IMG/VR virus record: IMGVR_UViG_3300012808_000024 | Coordinates: 4,965 to 68,964 of that record | Origin: a virus | Taxonomy: Duplodnaviria > Caudoviricetes | Direction: 5' to 3' (one strand) | Length of the DNA stretch: 64,000 nt | Shown: positions 62,242 to 64,000 of the stretch, one piece after another | Numbering within the stretch: position 1 is the first letter of the stretch | How the letters are laid out: each line of letters starts with the position of its first letter | Made by a program: the position numbers and the translations under genes | Notes under the pieces: model-generated | What the model saw: only the letters and a program-made list of their open reading frames with translations | The model's database searches: none | What the model was told of the DNA's origin: nothing

Positions 62242-62826
62242 TTGGAGATGCGAAGATTTTTGCACACCGGTCTAATTACACTATTTCTAGTCGTGGCGAC
62301 TGCCTGCGGAGGGAATTCAGGAGAGGACGGGCAATTTGCGGAGCTTGTAGAGCAGGCGAAGACGCATTACGGTAATAAAGATTTACTATCCGCGCGGGAA
62401 GTTTACGAAAAAGCGCTAGAAACGAAAGAAGACTCGGAAGTCCGTAGTGCTTTGCGTGAATTGAATAATGAAATAGAAAAGACACGGGAGTTTAACCAAT
62501 TGATCGATTCGCTACGAGAGGCCCAAAGGGGAGCGAAAGCATCGTTGTCAGTTGCGGAGATTAAAAAGCAGGGAGTAATCGTCGATGACGTTATCATGGC
62601 GCTGGACAACTACGAGTACGTCGGAGACTACTATGTCAATCGATACATAAAGAAAGCGAGAGACAGTGCCGAGTACGTTTCGTTGGGACTCGCAGGAATG
62701 TCGGCAAAGATTCCAGAAGTTGTAAAAGAATTTACCGTAACAGAAAGCGCGAATGACTTAATAGAGGCTGTCGACGCTCTTATGAGTAAAATTGAGTACC
62801 CGGATATTTTACGCAGCGTTAAATGA
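62242..62826 (+). CDS. Lipoprotein with TPR-like helix pair (possible superinfection exclusion)
   Basis: LFLVVATAC lipobox-like; AREVYEKALE; own terminator. Confidence 0.7.
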   Translation: MEMRRFLHTGLITLFLVVATACGGNSGEDGQFAELVEQAKTHYGNKDLLSAREVYEKALETKEDSEVRSALRELNNEIEKTREFNQLIDSLREAQRGAKASLSVAEIKKQGVIVDDVIMALDNYEYVGDYYVNRYIKKARDSAEYVSLGLAGMSAKIPEVVKEFTVTESANDLIEAVDALMSKIEYPDILRSVK

Positions 62827-62828
62827 CG

Positions 62829-62884
62829 AAAAAGCCCCGCACGCCCACCGTAATGTTAACGGCAGGTGTACGGGGCTTTATTTG
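62829..62884 (+). terminator. Bidirectional terminator between lipoprotein gene and integrase
   Basis: AAAAAGCCCCGCAC..CCGT-aatgtta-ACGG..GTACGGGGCTTTATTT. Confidence 0.7.
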
Positions 62885-62965
62885 ACGTTCTTAGGCGTTA
62901 TATCTCGTCGACTGACCAAGGTTCCGAAATGAGGAGCAAAACGCTAAATCAGGCGCACAGCGAGC

Positions 62966-64000
62966 CTAGCGATGTGTCCTGCGGTCTTTGCTTAACTTGT
63001 TCGTGATATTGTGGATAGCCGAGTACTTACTGTGCATTTCCTTTACGGATTTTTTGGACAAGTGCGTATATCGCATAACCATGCGTAAATCGCGGTGTCC
63101 AAGCATTTCCGCCAAGAACCGAACCTCTCCGCCATTTTCTAAATAGATCGTCGCCGCGCTGTGTCGGAATAAGTGAGGGTAAACGTTTATCTCCAGACCA
63201 GCCTTCTCTGCGTATATCTTTATACGATCCCGCATCCGATCATCTGCTATGTTCTCTCCGTAATTCGTTAAGAAGATGAACTCACTGTCAAAATCTTCGT
63301 TCTCCTTAATTAAATCCGCGAGAAGTCTTAACGTCCCTTTTGATATTGGAACTTTTTTTGACCGCCTGACCTTAACATTATTTGCGGGAATCGTAATAAG
63401 TTCAAGGTTAAAATCTATATCAGATACTTTAATCTTTACAGCTTCGTTCAGTCGAAAGAATCCGTCGATTAGCACATTCATAAATACGAAGTCGCGGAAC
63501 CCAACGTATGTCTTCCGATTCGGCATTTTTAGCAGTCGCTCAAGCTGCTCTCCTGACATAACCTCTATCTCTGACTCAGGTTCAATTACCGGTTTGATTT
63601 TCGCCATCGGATTATTTTGAATATAATCCTCATCGTAAAGAAAATTGAACATTGTGCGTAAGCCTTTCAGCCGAGTGTTTACTGTGACGGGTGACAGCCC
63701 GACTGTTTTGTCTTTCTCTGCTTTGTGTGCGTGCCCCTCCCATTTCCGTTTTTCTTTGAGCATGTAGGAAATATACGACCGCACTAATTCTGTAGTTACA
63801 ACGTCAACCTCTCGCGGTAAATTTTGAAGGGATAGATAATCGCATAAGAATCTATAATTTTCTTCATAAGTTTGTAGTGTTCGGTTCGACACACCTTCGG
63901 CAACCTTTGCGTTAAAGAAAGTGCTATATAGGTCGTCTAGGGAAACTAGGTTTGACTGTTTTCGTGTGTTTTTATATTGTCGCCCAACTCGCTTATCCAT
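62966..64000 (-). CDS. int: Tyrosine recombinase / phage integrase
   Basis: F.R..E, K, PHLFRH, LGHRDLRMVMRY catalytic residues; N-terminal SAM-like domain. Confidence 0.95.
   Translation of the reverse strand: MDKRVGRQYKNTRKQSNLVSLDDLYSTFFNAKVAEGVSNRTLQTYEENYRFLCDYLSLQNLPREVDVVTTELVRSYISYMLKEKRKWEGHAHKAEKDKTVGLSPVTVNTRLKGLRTMFNFLYDEDYIQNNPMAKIKPVIEPESEIEVMSGEQLERLLKMPNRKTYVGFRDFVFMNVLIDGFFRLNEAVKIKVSDIDFNLELITIPANNVKVRRSKKVPISKGTLRLLADLIKENEDFDSEFIFLTNYGENIADDRMRDRIKIYAEKAGLEINVYPHLFRHSAATIYLENGGEVRFLAEMLGHRDLRMVMRYTHLSKKSVKEMHSKYSAIHNITNKLSKDRRTHR

Larger units (their letters stand above)
1..64000 (-). mobile_element. Temperate siphophage/prophage, incomplete at both window ends (no att site, lysis module or 3' end of tail fibre visible)
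   Basis: Co-oriented integrase, replication, nucleotide-metabolism, packaging, head and long-tail modules with tightly overlapping genes; no host housekeeping genes. Confidence 0.97.

Noticed and set aside
62827-64000. tRNA gene or att core near the integrase
   Set aside because: No cloverleaf or duplicated core recognised anywhere in the window; att probably lies outside

Overview
The whole window is one temperate siphophage or prophage of a spore-forming Bacillota host (Paenibacillaceae-like, by inference). It is almost entirely on the minus strand and is cut at both ends. From right to left: tyrosine integrase; replication module (HTH initiator with iteron origin, DHH phosphoesterase, BRO/ANT antirepressor, DnaC-like loader, DnaB-like helicase, TOPRIM primase); an Agr-like peptide quorum-sensing cassette (membrane sensor, agrB, a 43-aa autoinducer propeptide absent from the ORF track, LytTR protein, Xre HTH) next to a phage sigma factor; SSB, family A polymerase, nucleases, RuvC; nrdIEF, dut, thyX, dNMP kinase; two DNA methyltransferases; an accessory island (24.3-29.5 kb); a RepL-like gene with origin-like repeats; HNH, terS, terL, portal, a Mom-like GNAT gene, and head and tail genes. 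The most notable items are five. (1) The phage-borne Agr-like cassette sits beside an apparently autoregulated sigma factor. (2) A solitary type I-C CRISPR repeat has its own promoter and terminator and lies in an island that also has shared operators, an Aca-like HTH and an NLTPH-motif (putative ring-nuclease) domain. (3) Several core genes appear to use non-AUG start codons. (4) A 46-bp hairpin element is shared by two origin-like loci 41 kb apart. (5) A highly structured leader precedes ssb. All family assignments come from motif recognition by eye; no searches were run.
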